Assembly (NCBI RefSeq): GCF_963921235.1
Contig: NC_086109.1
Span: 9,736,001-9,800,000 of the forward strand
DNA length: 64,000 bases
Source of the DNA: Mobula hypostoma
Lineage: Eukaryota
Direction: 5' to 3'
The notes under the pieces: generated by a model
What the model was told of the DNA's origin: nothing
What the model saw: the letters and a program-made list of their open reading frames with translations, nothing else
Database searches by the model: none
In this document: positions 47,130 through 60,349 of the stretch, in pieces
Numbering within the stretch: position 1 is the stretch's first letter
How the letters are laid out: the number at the start of each line of letters is the position of its first letter
Translations under genes and position numbers: made by a program

Positions 47130-48776
47130 GTCCATGAAATTCGCATCAGGCAGAAAATGGTGTTGGGTAGACTGATGGGACTGAAGGCTGATAAATCCCC
47201 AGGGCCTGATGGTCTGCATCTCAGGGTACTTAAGGAGGTGGCTCTAGAAATCGTGTTCCCATTGGTAATCATTTTCCAATGTTCTATAGATTCAGGATCA
47301 GTTCCTGCGGATTGGAGGGTAGCTAATGTTATCCCACATTTTAAAAGAGGGAGAGAGAAAACAGGCAATTATAGACCAGTTAGCCTGACATCAGTGGTGG
47401 GGAAGATGCTGGAATCAATTATAAAAGATGAAATAGCGGCATATTTGGATAACAGTAGCAGGGTAGGTCCGAGTCAGCGTGGATTTACAAAGGGGAAATC
47501 ATGCTTGACTAATCTTCTGAATTTTTTGAGAATGTAACTATGAAAATGGACATGGAAAGCCAGTGGATGTAGTGTACCTGGACTTTCAGAAAGCCTTTGA
47601 TAAGGTCCCACATAGGAGGTTAGTGTGCAAAATTAGAGCAAATGGTATTGGGGGTAGGGTACTGACATGGATAGAAAATTGGTTGGCAGACAGGAAACAA
47701 AGAGTAGGGATTAATGGGTCCTTTTCAGAATGGCAGGCAGTGACTAGTGGGGTACCGCAAGGCTCGGTGCTGGGACCACAGCTATTTACAATATACATTA
47801 ATGATTTAGATGAAGGGATTAAAAGTAACATTAGCAAATTTGCAGATGACACAAAGCTGGGTGGCAGTGTGAAATGTGAGGAGGATGTTATGAGAATGCA
47901 GGGTGACTTGGACAGGCTGGGTGAGTGGGCAGATGCATGGCAGATGCAGTTTAATGTGGATAAATGTGAGGTTATCCACTTTGGTGGCAAGAACAGGAAG
48001 GCAGATTACTATCTGAATGGTGTCAAGTTAGGAAAAGGGGAAGTACAATGAGATCTAGGTGTCCTTGTTCATCAGTCACTGAAAGTAAGCATGCAGGTAC
48101 AGCAGGCAGTGAAGAAAGCTAATGGCATGTTGGCCTTCATAACAAGGGGAGTTGAGTATAGGAGCAAAGAGGTCCTTTTGCAGTTGTACAGGGCCCTGGT
48201 GAGACCACATCTGGAGTATTGTGTACAGTTTTGGTCTCCAAATTTGAGGAAGGACATTCTAGATATTGAGGGAGTGCAGCGTAGGTTCACAAGGTTTATT
48301 CCTGGGATGGCGGGACTGTCATATGTTGAAAGATTGGAGCGACTCGCCTTGTATACACTGGAATTTAGAAGGATGAGAGGGGATCTGACTGAAACATATA
48401 AGATTTTTAGGGGATTGGACATGCTAGAGGCAGGAAACATGTTCCCAATGTTGGAGGAGTCCAGAACTAGAGGCCACAGTTTAAGAATAAGGGGTAGACC
48501 ATTTTGAACGGAGTTGAGGAAACATTTTGTCACACAGAGGGTTGTGGTTCTGTGGAATGCTCTGCCTCAGAAGGCAGTGGAGGCCAATTCTCTGGATTCT
48601 TTCAAGAAAGAGTTATATAGAGCTCTTAAAGATAGCGGAGTCAAAGGATATGGGGAGAAGGCAGAAAAATGGTACTGATTGTGGATGATCAGCCATGATC
48701 ACAGTGAATGGTGGTGCTGGCTCGAAGGGCTGAATGGCCTACTCACGCACCTATTGTCCATTGTCTATTGTCTATG
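47130..48776 (+). mobile_element. Young CR1 LINE, 5'-truncated, RT with few lesions
   Basis: KSPGPDGLH, GNYRPVSLTSVVGKMLE, DFQKAFDKVPH, SGVPQGSVLGP and KFADDTKLG, with a (CTATTGT)n tail. Confidence 0.95.
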
Positions 48777-49309
48777 ATTCTCTAATTCTAAAGGCAAAAC
48801 CGGAGGTCAGAATCAAACCCAGGCTGAGAAGCAGTGTCTCTACTGTGCTGACTATGCTCACCATAGCTTCACCCTGAGCCTGGAGACACAAGAGACTGCA
48901 GATGCTGATATCTGGACCAAGAAACTGTCACAAGCTCCCAAGGTCTGCCCTCCAAGTTCTCCACTCACCCCAACTTTCAGCCCATCCCCTACCTGCTGTA
49001 CGAGCACCGTCCACTGCATGTGGCAAGTCACCAGCAGAACCAAGGCAAAACTCTTTGCTAGTTTGGTAGGACCCCCAAACTATGATCAGCAAATGACGTG
49101 ACTGTTAAGACCTGGAACTCATAATTCATGAGGGTGATGGGATAAAGAACCAATCACTCTTTCAAAAGGAAATTAAACAGTGATTTAAGATGAAATAATT
49201 TGCAGGGCTATCAGGAAAGACAGAAAACTGGGACTCACTAGATTACTCTGGATTGGTCTGTCATGAACTCAATGGGCCTGAGTGATCTTTATCCATGCCC
49301 TGATGACTC

Positions 49310-49925
49310 TAAACTTTGACAGACTTCTATAGATGCACAGTGAAGAGTATACTGACTGGTTATATCACAGCCTGGCCTGGAAACACCAATGTTCAGGAAC
49401 GGAAAAGTCTACAGAAAGTGGTGGATATAGTTCAGTCCATCACAGGCAAACCCTCCTCACTATTTAGCACCTTTACATGGAGCACTGCCACGTGAAAGCA
49501 GCATCCATCATCAAAGACCTCCACCATCCAGGTCATGCTCTCTTCTCACTTCTACCATTGGGCAGGAAGTACAGGAGCCTTAGGTCCCACACCACAAGCT
49601 TCATGAGCGGTTATTACCTTTCAACCATCAGGCTCATGAATCAGTGTGGATGGCTTCACTTACCACGACTATAAACTGTTTCTACAGCTTAGAGACTCAC
49701 TTCCAACAACTCAGTAACTCATGCTGTCAGTATTTTTCTTTTAATTGCAAAATTTATCATCTTTTGCATATTGGTTGGTTGTCAGAATTTATTTATATAT
49801 AGTTGTTAATAAATTCTATTGTATTTCTTTGTTTTCCTGTAAATGCATGCAAGAAAATGAATCTCAAGGTAGTACATGGTACATATACATATGTACTTGG
49901 ATAAAAAAAAATACTTTGACTTTGA
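49310..49925 (+). mobile_element. Rex1/Babar 3' portion
   Basis: FYRCTVKSILTG...KAASIIKDLHHPGHALFSLLPLGRKYRSL. Confidence 0.8.
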
Positions 49926-51756
49926 CGATAATCTTGTACACATCAATGGAGGTGGATTTCAGAGGTACTTCTAAATCTACATCTTCATCCTTAAGTCATC
50001 CACAATCCTACCTTGGTTTAATTCTGGAATGTTCTGTTGCCCATGCTTCCACTCTGTCAGTTCCAGTCCTGCCCACACCACCAAAACCTCTCATCAGTTT
50101 TTCCCACTTCAAACCTGCTTAGAACTTGATAGATTCTTGATTAGTCAGGGCATGAAGGGATATGGGGAGGAGGTAGGAGATTGGGGCTGAGAGGGAAAAT
50201 GGATCAGCCATGATGAAATGGCGGAGCAGACTCGATGGGCCAAATGGCCTAATTCTGCTCCTGTATCTTGTGGTCTTATAGTGTGGAACTGGAGGCAGAG
50301 CTATCATTTGCTTACAACTGCAGTTCCTTGCACAAACATGTTGGACTTACTCGCCACCCTCCAGACTGCCTACACTGTCTACTCTCCCCAAAACCCTGCA
50401 ACTCATCTCTTTAACTTTCTTTACAAGAGTCTTCATTAACCATTCTCCTTCACCTTGCCCAGTGACAAACTTCCACACTGTTGGCTTGGACAATTTGCTA
50501 TGTGCAAGCCATTGTAAAAATATTTGTTGTTATCACCCAGTGCAAACTAATATATAGCAATAATGAATTATCAACTCTATTGAGATTTGTTTATGGCTAT
50601 TGAGTTCAAGGATTGCTAAATGTTGTGATGAATCAGAGACAAAACTTGATTATTAATCGAAAATAAATACCATGCCCTTTTAAACTCTCTATGTCATCTC
50701 TCTTTGTCCCTTTAAAACGGAGATGATGAGGAATTTATTTAGAGCACGGTGAGCCTTTGGAATTCATTGCCACAGAGGGCTATGGAGGCCAAGTCATTAG
50801 GTATATTTAAAGTGCAGGTTGATAGGTTCTTGATTAGTCAGGGCGTCAAAGGTTATGGGGAGAAGGCGGGAGAATGTGGATGGAGAAAAAAAATCAGCCA
50901 TGATTGAATGGTGGGGCAGACTCAATGAACCAAATAAACTCAAAGAGTCGTAAAGCATTACAGCAAAGAAATGTGCCATTTGGCCTTTCTAGTAATGCTG
51001 AACTATTATTCTGTCTAGTCCCATCGACCAACATTTCAAACATGGCCCTCGGTGCCCCTTCCATCCATATACTTATCTAAACTTCTCTTAAATGTTGCAA
51101 TTGAACCCACATTCACCACTCCTGCTGGCAGCTCGTTATCTTTTACCCTATCTATATCCCTCAAAGATTTATATGCCTCCATCAAATATATACCTAATGG
51201 CCTAAGTCTGTCCCAATATCTTATAGCCTTATTGTTTGTCAGTAACTTAAGTGTTTTGCGTAGCTATATTACAATTCTGTCCCTACCAGGAAGAAGGATT
51301 GGACCCAGGTTAAAACAAGTTTTCTACACTGTAGATTTGAGTTTATAATTTCTCCCACGAGCTCTAGCTTTACATGCATCAACAAATTTCATGACATATG
51401 CTGGTGATATTAAACCTTATTCTGATTCAGTTGATACAGAAGCAAAATGGCCCTACATCGTACACCAGCACTGCCCTGCCAACAAACTACAGTGCACAAG
51501 TAAAGAGCCTCAATCAAGGTTAAGCTTTTTTTTCCTGTGGAGAGTAACGGATATGTTTCACGCAGACCACTGAAAGCCTGTGGTGATTAGTATTTCAAAA
51601 TGAACTCAGTGAACATCACATTAAGAATGGGATTAGAGTTTATAGGATTAAGAAGCACACATTTAGAATCAAATATCCTTTGGAACACTTCCTCCAGTTC
51701 TACTTAGACCATTGAAATACAATCCATTTATCCAATTAGATAGCGATGTATCATGT

Positions 51757-53258
51757 ACAGCCAGTGGCCACTTTATTAGGTACCTAATAAAACAACTATT
51801 GAGTGCATGTTCACGGTCTTCTGCTGCTGTAGCCCATCAGCTTCAAGGTTCGACATGTTGTGCATTCTGCACACCACTATTGTGTCATTATTTGAGTTAC
51901 TGTCACCTCCCCGTCAGCTTGAACCAGTCTGGCCATTCTCCTCTGGCCTCTCTTATTAACAAGGTGTTTTTGTCCACAGACCTGCTAATCAATGAATATT
52001 TTTTTCAATTTTTTGCACCATTCTCTGTAACACTACAGAATGTTCTGCGTGAAAAAATTCCTGGAGATCTGCAGTTTCTAAAATATTCAAACCAGCCTGT
52101 CTAACACCAACAACCATTCTACAGTCAAAGTTGCTTAGATCACATTTCTTCCCCATTGTGATGATTGGTCTCAACAACAACTGAACCTTTTGACCAGATC
52201 TGCATGCTTTTATGCACTGAGTTGCTGCCACATGATTGGCTGATAAGATATTTGCATTAGTCATAGTCATACTTTATTGATCCCAGGGGAAATTGGTTTT
52301 CTTTACAGTTGCACCATAAATAATAAATAGTAATAAATCAATAAATAGTTAAATAGTAATATGTAAATTATGCCAGGAAATAAGCCCAGGACCAGCCTAT
52401 TGGCTCAGGGTGTCTGACCCTCCAAGGGAGGAGTTGTAAAATTTGATGGCCACAGGCAGGAATGACTTCCTATGACACTCTGTGTTGCATCTCGGTGGAA
52501 TGAGTCTCTGGCTGAATGTACTCCTGTGCCCAATCAGTACATTATGTAGTGGATGGGAGACATTGTCCAAGATGGCATGCAACTTAGACAGCATCCTCTT
52601 TTCAGACACCACCGTGAGAGAGTCCAGTTCCATCCCCACAACATCACTGGCCTTATGAATGAGTTTGTTGATTCTGTTGGTGTCTGCTACCCTCAGCCTG
52701 CTGCCCCAGCACACAACAGCAAACATGATAGCACTAGCCACCACAGACTCGTAGAACATCCTCAGCATCGTCCGGCAGATGTTAAAGGACCTCAGTCTCC
52801 TCAGGAAATAGAGACGGCTCTGACCCTTCTTGTAGACAGCCTTAGTGTTATTTGACCAGTCCAGTTTATTGTCAATTCGTATCCCCAGGTATTTGTAATC
52901 CTCCACCATGTCCACACTGACCTCCTGGATGGAAACAGGGGTCACCGGTACCTTAGCTCTCCTCAGGTCTACCACCAGCTCCTTAGCCTTTTTCACATTA
53001 AGCTGCAGATAATTCTGCTCACACCATGTGACAAAGTTTCCTACCATAGCCCTGTACTCAGCCTCATCTCCCTTGCTGATGCATCTAACTATGGCAGAGT
53101 CATCAGAAAACTTCTGAAGATGACAAGACTCTGTGCAGTAGTTGAAGTCCGAGGTGTAAATGGTGAAGAGAAAGGGAGACAAGACAGTCCCCTGTGGAGC
53201 CCCAGTGCTGCTGATCACTCTGTCAGACACACGGGTGTATAGGTGTACCTAATGAAGT
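51757..53258 (-). mobile_element. Tc1/mariner element, internally deleted and interrupted by a Rex1/Babar LINE
   Basis: MGKKCDLSNFDCRMVVGVRQAGLNILETADL on minus; ends cagtggccactttattaggtac (about 51762) and gtacctaatgaagt (about 53245-53258) are inverted. Confidence 0.85.
52259..53232 (-). mobile_element. Young Rex1/Babar LINE (second family), 5'-truncated, with a 277-codon open frame
   Basis: STGAPQGTVLSPFLFTIYTSDF, QKFSDDSAIV and YKKGQSRLYFLRRLRSF, with an (ATGACT)n tail. Confidence 0.93.
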
Positions 53259-53459
53259 TCGAAGTAAAGGAATGATGTACAAGGTGAAAAGTAAACAGTA
53301 CAAGGTACTGACTTCCGGACTACATCTGGTTCTCTTGGGGCAGCGAAGGGAATAAGAAATACAATTGGCTTCAGTAGCCAGTGGAGGCAATTGGTTATAG
53401 AGGTGCATTAACTCATGTGGGGCTCAGATAGGGTGAATGCATATTGTCTTTTTCCCATG

Positions 53460-53928
53460 GTAAGGGATACCTCATATTCTGTCTGAGCAGCCTCCAGCCA
53501 GGCAGCATGAATATTAATTTCTCTAAACTGATAATTTATCCACCCTTCTATCTATTTTTATCCCTCATTCTGGGTACCCTCTCATCCCTTCTCGTCTTCT
53601 CACCTGCCCATCACCTACCACTGACGCCCCTCCTCCTTCCCTTTCTTCCATAGTTCATTGCCCTCTCCAATTAGATCCCTTCTTCTTTAGTTCTTCCACC
53701 TATCACCAGCCAGCTTCTTATTTCACCTTCCCTCTTCCCCTCACCTGGTTTCACCTGTCACCTACCAGCTGGTACTCCTTCCCCTCTGCACACCTTCCCA
53801 TTCTGGGTTCTGTCCCCCTTCCTTTCCAGTCCTGATGAAGAGTCTTGGCCCGAAACATTGGCTATCTATTTCTCTTTATAGATGCTGCTTGAAATGCTGA
53901 ATTTCTCCAGCATCCTGTGCACGCTGCA
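53460..53928 (+). mobile_element. Penelope 3' fragment with a hammerhead terminal repeat
   Basis: YLIFCLSSLQPGSMNINFS, a CT-rich UTR, and ccagtcctgatgaagagtcttggcccgaaacattggct at 53826-53863. Confidence 0.85.
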
Positions 53929-54036
53929 AAAAAAAGAGGGTACAGTATTAAAGTAAGGGGAAAAAGATATAAAATGGACAGTAGAGGCAACCTTATCTGC
54001 CAGAGTAAGTGGTTGAGGCAGGTTCAATAACAATAT

Positions 54037-54355
54037 TATTTATTTACTTGTTTGTTTGTTTGTTTGTTTGTTTATTGAGATACAGCCTTCTGGCTTTTGA
54101 GCTATGCTGCCCAGCAATCCCCTCCACCCACCCCCACCCCCCCGTCCCCATTTAACCCTAGCCTAATCGTGGAACAATTTACCATGAGCAATTAGCCTAC
54201 TATCTGGTAGGTCTTTGGACTGTAGGAGGAAATCAGAGCACCCGTAGGAAACTCACACGGTTAGGGAGAGAATGTTCAAACTCCTTATAGGCAGCAAGCG
54301 GGAATTGAACCTGGGTCGTTGGTGCTGTAAGGCGTTGTGCTAACCACTATGTTAC
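54037..54355 (-). mobile_element. V-SINE with a (CAAA)n tail
   Basis: Reverse complement head gtaacatagtggttagcacaacgccttacagcacc...ggttcaattccc. Confidence 0.85.
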
Positions 54356-55631
54356 CTTTTGAAGTCTATTTGGACAGATGGATGGATAAGAAAGGTTTAG
54401 AGGTTCATGTGCTAAGCATATGACAAGCTTGGATGTCGTACCACACATGGAGTATTGTGCTCAGTCCTGGTTGTCTCATTACAGGAAGCATGTGACAGCT
54501 TTAGAGAGGGTGCAGAGGAGTGTTACCAGGACGCTGCCCGGATTAGAGAGCAAGTCTTATGAGATAGGTTGAGCGAGCTAGGGCTTTTCCCTCTGGAGTG
54601 AAGGAGGATGAGAAGTGACTTGATAGAGGTGTACAAGATGGAAAGAGGCACCGCCAGAGAAACTAATTTGCTTAATGAAGTTAGAAGTTAAAGACCATCG
54701 CACAGAATTTACACAAGGATTTGCTTGACAGTGATAAGAAACTCCAAGGAAATTCTTCCCCAATAACAGTAATTAGGATTTACTTACCTTGATCAGGTTG
54801 ATTATAGATGGGGAGGTGTGATGAGATAATAACATGGATGTGGTGAGAGGGTGTGAGCCTACTAGATTGGAGAGGATAACAGAGCGAGTGTTGGCCGCCT
54901 GTTTTGCAGGATCGAGACCATTTCCTGCAAACAGGAATGCTTTTGTTGTGGGACAGTGAGAAAAAGTAACAAGGTGCTCTTGGCTACAAAGACCTGGCAT
55001 TATCGGCCTAGTTCCATCTGCAGGAATTTTAATTATTGTTGTTCAAATGCCACAGGGGTTTGCGGGTTGGGATGTAGGATTCAAACAGAGCTCAGAGTTG
55101 GGGGTGAGAGGGACAGGGACAGTTGGCCCTGAAATTTTGGTTGGTAAGTTCCCTCACAAAGAAATAGGCTTGCTGTTGCAATTCAGGGACGGGACTCGAA
55201 ACATTGACAATTTCTGCTGCTAGACCTGTGGAGTTCCTGCAGTGGATTTTGTGCTGTTCCAGGTTTCAACATCTGCCGTCTCAGATTTAGTTACCACATG
55301 TATATCAAAATGTACAGCAAAACTTTATACTTGCATTAACAACCAATACAACAGAGGATGTACTGAGGGCAGCCTGCGTGTTGTCATATATTCTGTGGCA
55401 ACATCGCATGCCCACCATACTTGCCAGAGCAACACAGATCACAACAGGCAACAAAACAACAGTGGAACAAGCTCCTTTCCTCCCTCCCACCACCCGTGCA
55501 CAGGCCTGACATTCAACCATGTCCATGTAGCGAGACTTCAAACAGAGAGCAGAGATTTAAACTTTGGCCTATCCTCTAATTTAGACCATAAGACGTAGGA
55601 GTAGAACTAGGCCATTCATCCCATCATGTCT

Positions 55632-57262
55632 GTGTAATAACCCAGATCTTATTAGGGAGCTTAATGTAAAGGAACCCTTAGGAGGTGTGATCATAATATG
55701 ATTGAATTCATACTGCAGTTTGAGAGGGAGAAGCATAAGTCACACGTATCAGTATTGCAATGGAATAAGGGGAATTACAGAGGCATGAGAGAGAAGCTTC
55801 TTTGTCCCACAGTACTACCTCACTAGCATCATTTTCCAGTAGTCCAATACCAACTCTCACTCCCTTTTACTCTTTATATAACTGAAAAATATTTGAGTAT
55901 CCTGTTTTATATTATTGGCTAGTTTTCCCTCATTTTTAGTTGCCTTTTGTTGGATTTTAAAAGCCTCCCAATCATCCAACTTCCCAATCACTTTTGCTAC
56001 CTTTTATGCCCTTTCCTTGGCTTTTATGCAGCCCTTAACTTCCCTTGTCTACCCCTGCCATTTGAGAACAACTTCTTCTGTGGGATATATTTATCCTGCT
56101 CTATGTGAACTACTCCTAGAAACTTCAGCCACCTCTGCTCTGCCGTCATTCCTGCCAGTATCCTTCTCCAATCCACCTGGGCAAGCTCCTCTCTCATGCC
56201 TCTGTAATTCCCTTTATTCCATTGTGATACTGATCCAGGTGGGGCTCCTTTACATTAAACTCTCTAATAAGATCTAGTTTATTACACAACACCCAATCTA
56301 AGATAGCCCTAGCAGGCTCAAGCACAAGCTGCTCTAAAAAAACAATTCATAGGTATTCAACAAATTCCCTCTCCTGCAATCTGACACCAACCAGATTTTC
56401 CCAATCCCCTTGCATATTGAAGTCCCCCATTACAATTGTGACATTACCTTTATTACATACCTTTTCCAGCTCCCCTTGCAATCTCAACCCTACATCTTGG
56501 TGACTATTTGGAGGCCTATATATGATTCCCTTTCATGGTTTTTTTTTACCATTGCAGTTTCTTGACTTCATCCACAAAGATTCACCATTCTCTGACCCTA
56601 TGTCACCTCTTTCTGAAGATGTAATTCCATCTCTTACTAACAGAGCCACACCACTGCCTATGCTTTCCTGTCTGTCCTTTCAATACAAAGTATATCCTTT
56701 GATGCTAAGCTCCCAACTATGGCTTTCTTTCAGTCACGACTCAGTGATGACCACAACATCATACCAATCAATCTCTAATTGCACCGGAAATTTGTCCACC
56801 GTCCTTCACTCTTTTGAAGTTTAAACCAGAAATCCCAGCTCTGTAGATATACTGTCTGTTCTCTCAAAAATTAAATAAGAAAAAAAGAAATAAGAAATAA
56901 GGAATGAACTTACCTACTTATCTTACCTTTGCCTGTTCTCGCCGAAGCCCTGTTGAGCCAAAGCCTTACCACTCTGACTCAGACCACTTTCACGATGACC
57001 ACTCCACTAGGCGGTACCCCTCTTTTCTGGAGATTGGGTTTTTAAAGCTCTTCGCCAGACTTGCGTGGAAACGTTTCTACAGCATCTGTGCAGTACTCCA
57101 CCAAAGACTCCTGTTGAAAAAACGTTCTGCTTTTTAAAGCTTTTTGCCAGACCTGCACGGGGACGCTTCTATGCAACTGTGCAGTACTCCAACCAAAGCC
57201 TCCCATTGAAAAAGACTTCCTGCTTTTTAAGGCCCTTTGCCGGACTTGCATGGGAACGCTTC
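55632..57262 (-). mobile_element. Rearranged 5' part of a CR1 LINE: APE endonuclease region (about 55800-56800, -), an inverted fragment (55632-55799, +), and a probable 5' UTR with about 92-bp tandem units
   Basis: Minus strand: DVVVITES.LKE, KGYTLY.KDRQESIGSGVAL and VTIVMGDFNMQ. Plus fragment: LIRELNVKEPLGG-DHNMIEF. Confidence 0.75.
57040..57262. repeat. About 92-bp tandem repeat, 2.4 copies
   Basis: Units start with ttttaa at about 57040, 57132 and 57225 and share gcc(a/g)gac(t/c)tgc and ctgtgcagtactcca. Confidence 0.85.
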
Positions 57263-57392
57263 AACTCCAATCCAATAATTTCCTCAAATCCCTGTCCCAA
57301 AACCCTAAACTACCCCTAACTCCCCCTCTCCGTCCCCAGAGCCATCCCTAAAAATAAATCAAAAAATAAACAACTACAGTATATTGCTTAAA

Positions 57393-57698
57393 ATTTATTT
57401 ATTGAGATACAGCATAGAATAGGCCCTTCTGGCTCTTCGAGCCAAGCTGCCCAGCAGTCCCCAACCCCCCCCACCCCACACCCTGATTTTATCCCAGTCC
57501 AATCCCAGGACAATTTGCAATGATCAATTAATCTACCAACCGGTAGGTCTTTGGACTATGGGAGGAAACTGGAGCACCTGGAGAAACCCATAGATCACGG
57601 GGAGAACATACAAACTCCTTACAGACAGTGGCGGGAATTGAACCTGAGTCGCTGGTACTGTAAAGCGTTGTGCTAACCACTACGCTACCGTGCCGCCC
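57393..57698 (-). mobile_element. Full-length tRNA-derived V-SINE (HE1-like)
   Basis: Reverse complement GGGCGGCACGGTAGCGTAGTGGTTAGCAC (box A)...GGTTCAATTCC (box B), a central V-like domain and a (TAAA)n tail. Confidence 0.88.
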
Positions 57699-57780
57699 TG
57701 GGAAGGTGGTTGGAAAACAGAACTAAGAGTACTTAGCTTTAGGTTAGATTAGATGTATTAGGTGTTATTTGGTAATTGTA

Positions 57781-57847
57781 GAGTACTGTGCAAAAGTCTT
57801 ACGCGCCCTAGCTGTATACATATGGCTAAGACTTTTGCACTGTGCTG
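57781..57847. mobile_element. Tiny (about 67 bp) Tc1-like MITE
   Basis: Inverted repeats gtactgtgcaaaagtctta / taagacttttgcactgtgc, preceded by TA. Confidence 0.65.
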
Positions 57848-58031
57848 CAAATCTGAGCTGCAACTTCAATAGAGACTATAGCTCGGTACCAGTTTGACCG
57901 GAAAACACTAGATAGAAGCAGACGTCTACCAATATTTTTAAGGCAGAGCCAGATAGACCCTTAATAACCAATGACTGAAAGGCAGTTACAAGTGGAGATC
58001 ATGATTAAGTTAGTTTTCATGTTAGCTGTTG

Positions 58032-58840
58032 TAGGAAAGCAGCATCCATCATCAGAGATCCCCACCACCCAAGCCATGCTCTTTTCTTGCTGCTGCCATT
58101 AGGCAGAAAGTACAAGAACCTCAGGGTTCGCACCACCAGGTTCAAGAACAATTACTACCCCTCAACCATCAGGCTCTTGAACAAAGGGGATAACTACACT
58201 CACTTGCCCATCCATTGAGATGTTCCCACAACCAATGATCTCACTTTAAGGACTCTTATCTCATGTTCTCATTACTTATTGCTATTTATTTATATTTGCA
58301 TTTTCACAGTTTGTTGTCTTCTGCACTCTGGTTGATCTTTCATTGATCTTGTTATAGTTACTATTCTATAGATTTGCTGAGTATGTCCGCAGGAAAATGA
58401 ATCTCAGGGTTGTATATGGTGACATATGAGTGGTAGTTGTAGGCCACCTTTGGTCAGGGTCAACCATGGACATTGTGTCCTGGCTGTCTAGATATGCAAG
58501 CCAGAGCAGTACAATATTGAGAGCAAGCTGCTGCCTATGTAACAAGCTCCCCCTTTCTACACATCTGATGAACCCAAAGGAACAGCAGAAACCAAGAGTT
58601 TGGCACCAGCAGCATTGCAGGAGTTGCCAGTCAGCATAGAACTCAACGTAGGATTACCTTAGGGAGTCGAGCTCCAGATTTTTCCCTCGGGGCTCACTCA
58701 CGAAGTCTTCCCAATGAGTGGGTATAGAGGGTTTGAGGGTTTGAGATCAGAGTTTTTCTTCTCCTAGATGAGCTGCCCACCAAGGGTGATGAGCCCCATC
58801 TGCCCGAGACACGTATGTACTTTGATAATAAATTTACAGA
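58032..58840. mobile_element. Rex1-type 3' end (+) with a nested RTE-related SINE (about 58428-58810, -)
   Basis: The host tail gtatatggtgacatat | gtatgtactttgataataaa is split. The insert is homologous to 60215-60880. Confidence 0.65.
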
Positions 58841-60349
58841 ACTTTGGAATGGTGGAGCAGGCGTGAGTGGCTAAGTGATCTGCTCCCACTGTGTCCCATT
58901 GTCCCTCAGGATGCGAAGACACCTGGATTAAATAGACCCAGCCCCAGAATACTCCATGGGATGAGAGGAGGTCCTGGTGATTGTTGCAGGAGCTTCACCA
59001 ATATCAGTTGTAACTTGCTGCTAAAAGCTGTAACAGGTTATTTTAATCTTGCTTGGCTTCTAAACTCAATAAACACTTGGAGTATTGTGCACAGACCTGG
59101 AGGCTTACTAGTGGGTGTTGATAGGTGACAGCAAACTTGAAGAGAGAGTCATGTTCTATGCCAGGGCTTGGAACACAGAAGCTAGGAGGAAGACTTGTGG
59201 AATTTGCTTCCGCAGGAGTAAAGAAGATTAAGACAGCAAATGACCCCACTCTTTCAAATGCAGAAAGAAAAGGACAATATATTTTACTGAAGCTACTTAA
59301 ATTGTACTTGCTGTATCACATGAGGCAAAGCTGGAGATTAGGTTTGACACCTTCCCACAGTGAAGATAGGTGATCTGTATTGTTACCAAAAAACGTGATT
59401 AACACCAACCATCACCTTCCCCCATCTCCCCAAAAAGACTTGCTCGATAAGTATCTAGGAACAGGTTGAAGGTTATAAAAGTGACACAGTTATTCAAATA
59501 ATCTCCGCAACACAATGGATTCTCTGCTTTCAGGACCAAGAAAGTGTCACTAGAGGAATGCGATTGGCAAGGATTGAATAATGGCGATTGTAACTTTAGC
59601 CTAATATCTTCGAGACTCGCTATACTACCTGACGGTGTCAGGGATTATTTTCACAGAGCTTTATCTTGGAAATTTTACCTGTGGTTATTCACTCCCCTCA
59701 GGAGATTCAATAAACAAGGTTGGGTCCACAAGAGGCCAATTGTACATGATCTTTGGAAGCAATCAGTTCAAAGCACCAGCTGGATTTACCTTGCACTTGT
59801 TCCAGTTTTGTTATATGCCAATTGAACAACAAAATACGCCTTCATCTACGATCTTCCACCATCTTTAATTTCCTCACCAAATCCCCTTTCTCCATCTTAT
59901 TCCAGCTGAGCTTGTGTGTCCTTGGCTCTGTGCTAGGAAACTCCATGTTCCGGCTTCTCATCCAGTCACCCGAGTGTGAACATCTCGGATGGTGTGGTAC
60001 TACCACTCATGAGCGATAGGGAGCCCCAGAGCCTTATAGAAGGGAAGCTGACTATTCATCCCATTGAGCCCATGCTGACCATCAACTGCCCATTTATACT
60101 GATACAATATTAATCCCATTTCAAGTTCAAGCTTATTGTCTTTCAACCATGTTCATGTATGCAGCTAAATGAAGCAACCAAGGAATCAAGATGAAAACAC
60201 AGTATATCAAACTGAGGCCTCTGTTGGTCTGTGTCAACCAATAATGTTGCATCTTAACTATCTATGATCAGTACGCAAGCCAGGACAGTACGATACGGAG
60301 AGCAAGCTGTTGCCCATGCAGCAGGCTCCTGCTCTCTATGTACCTGATA

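Noticed and set aside
57040..57262. CRISPR-like array
   Set aside because: Eukaryotic context, diverged full-length tandem units, no unique spacers and no cas genes.
57620..57698. Genuine tRNA gene (also 60570-60644)
   Set aside because: The A and B boxes continue into SINE bodies and tails, and I could not build a complete cloverleaf.
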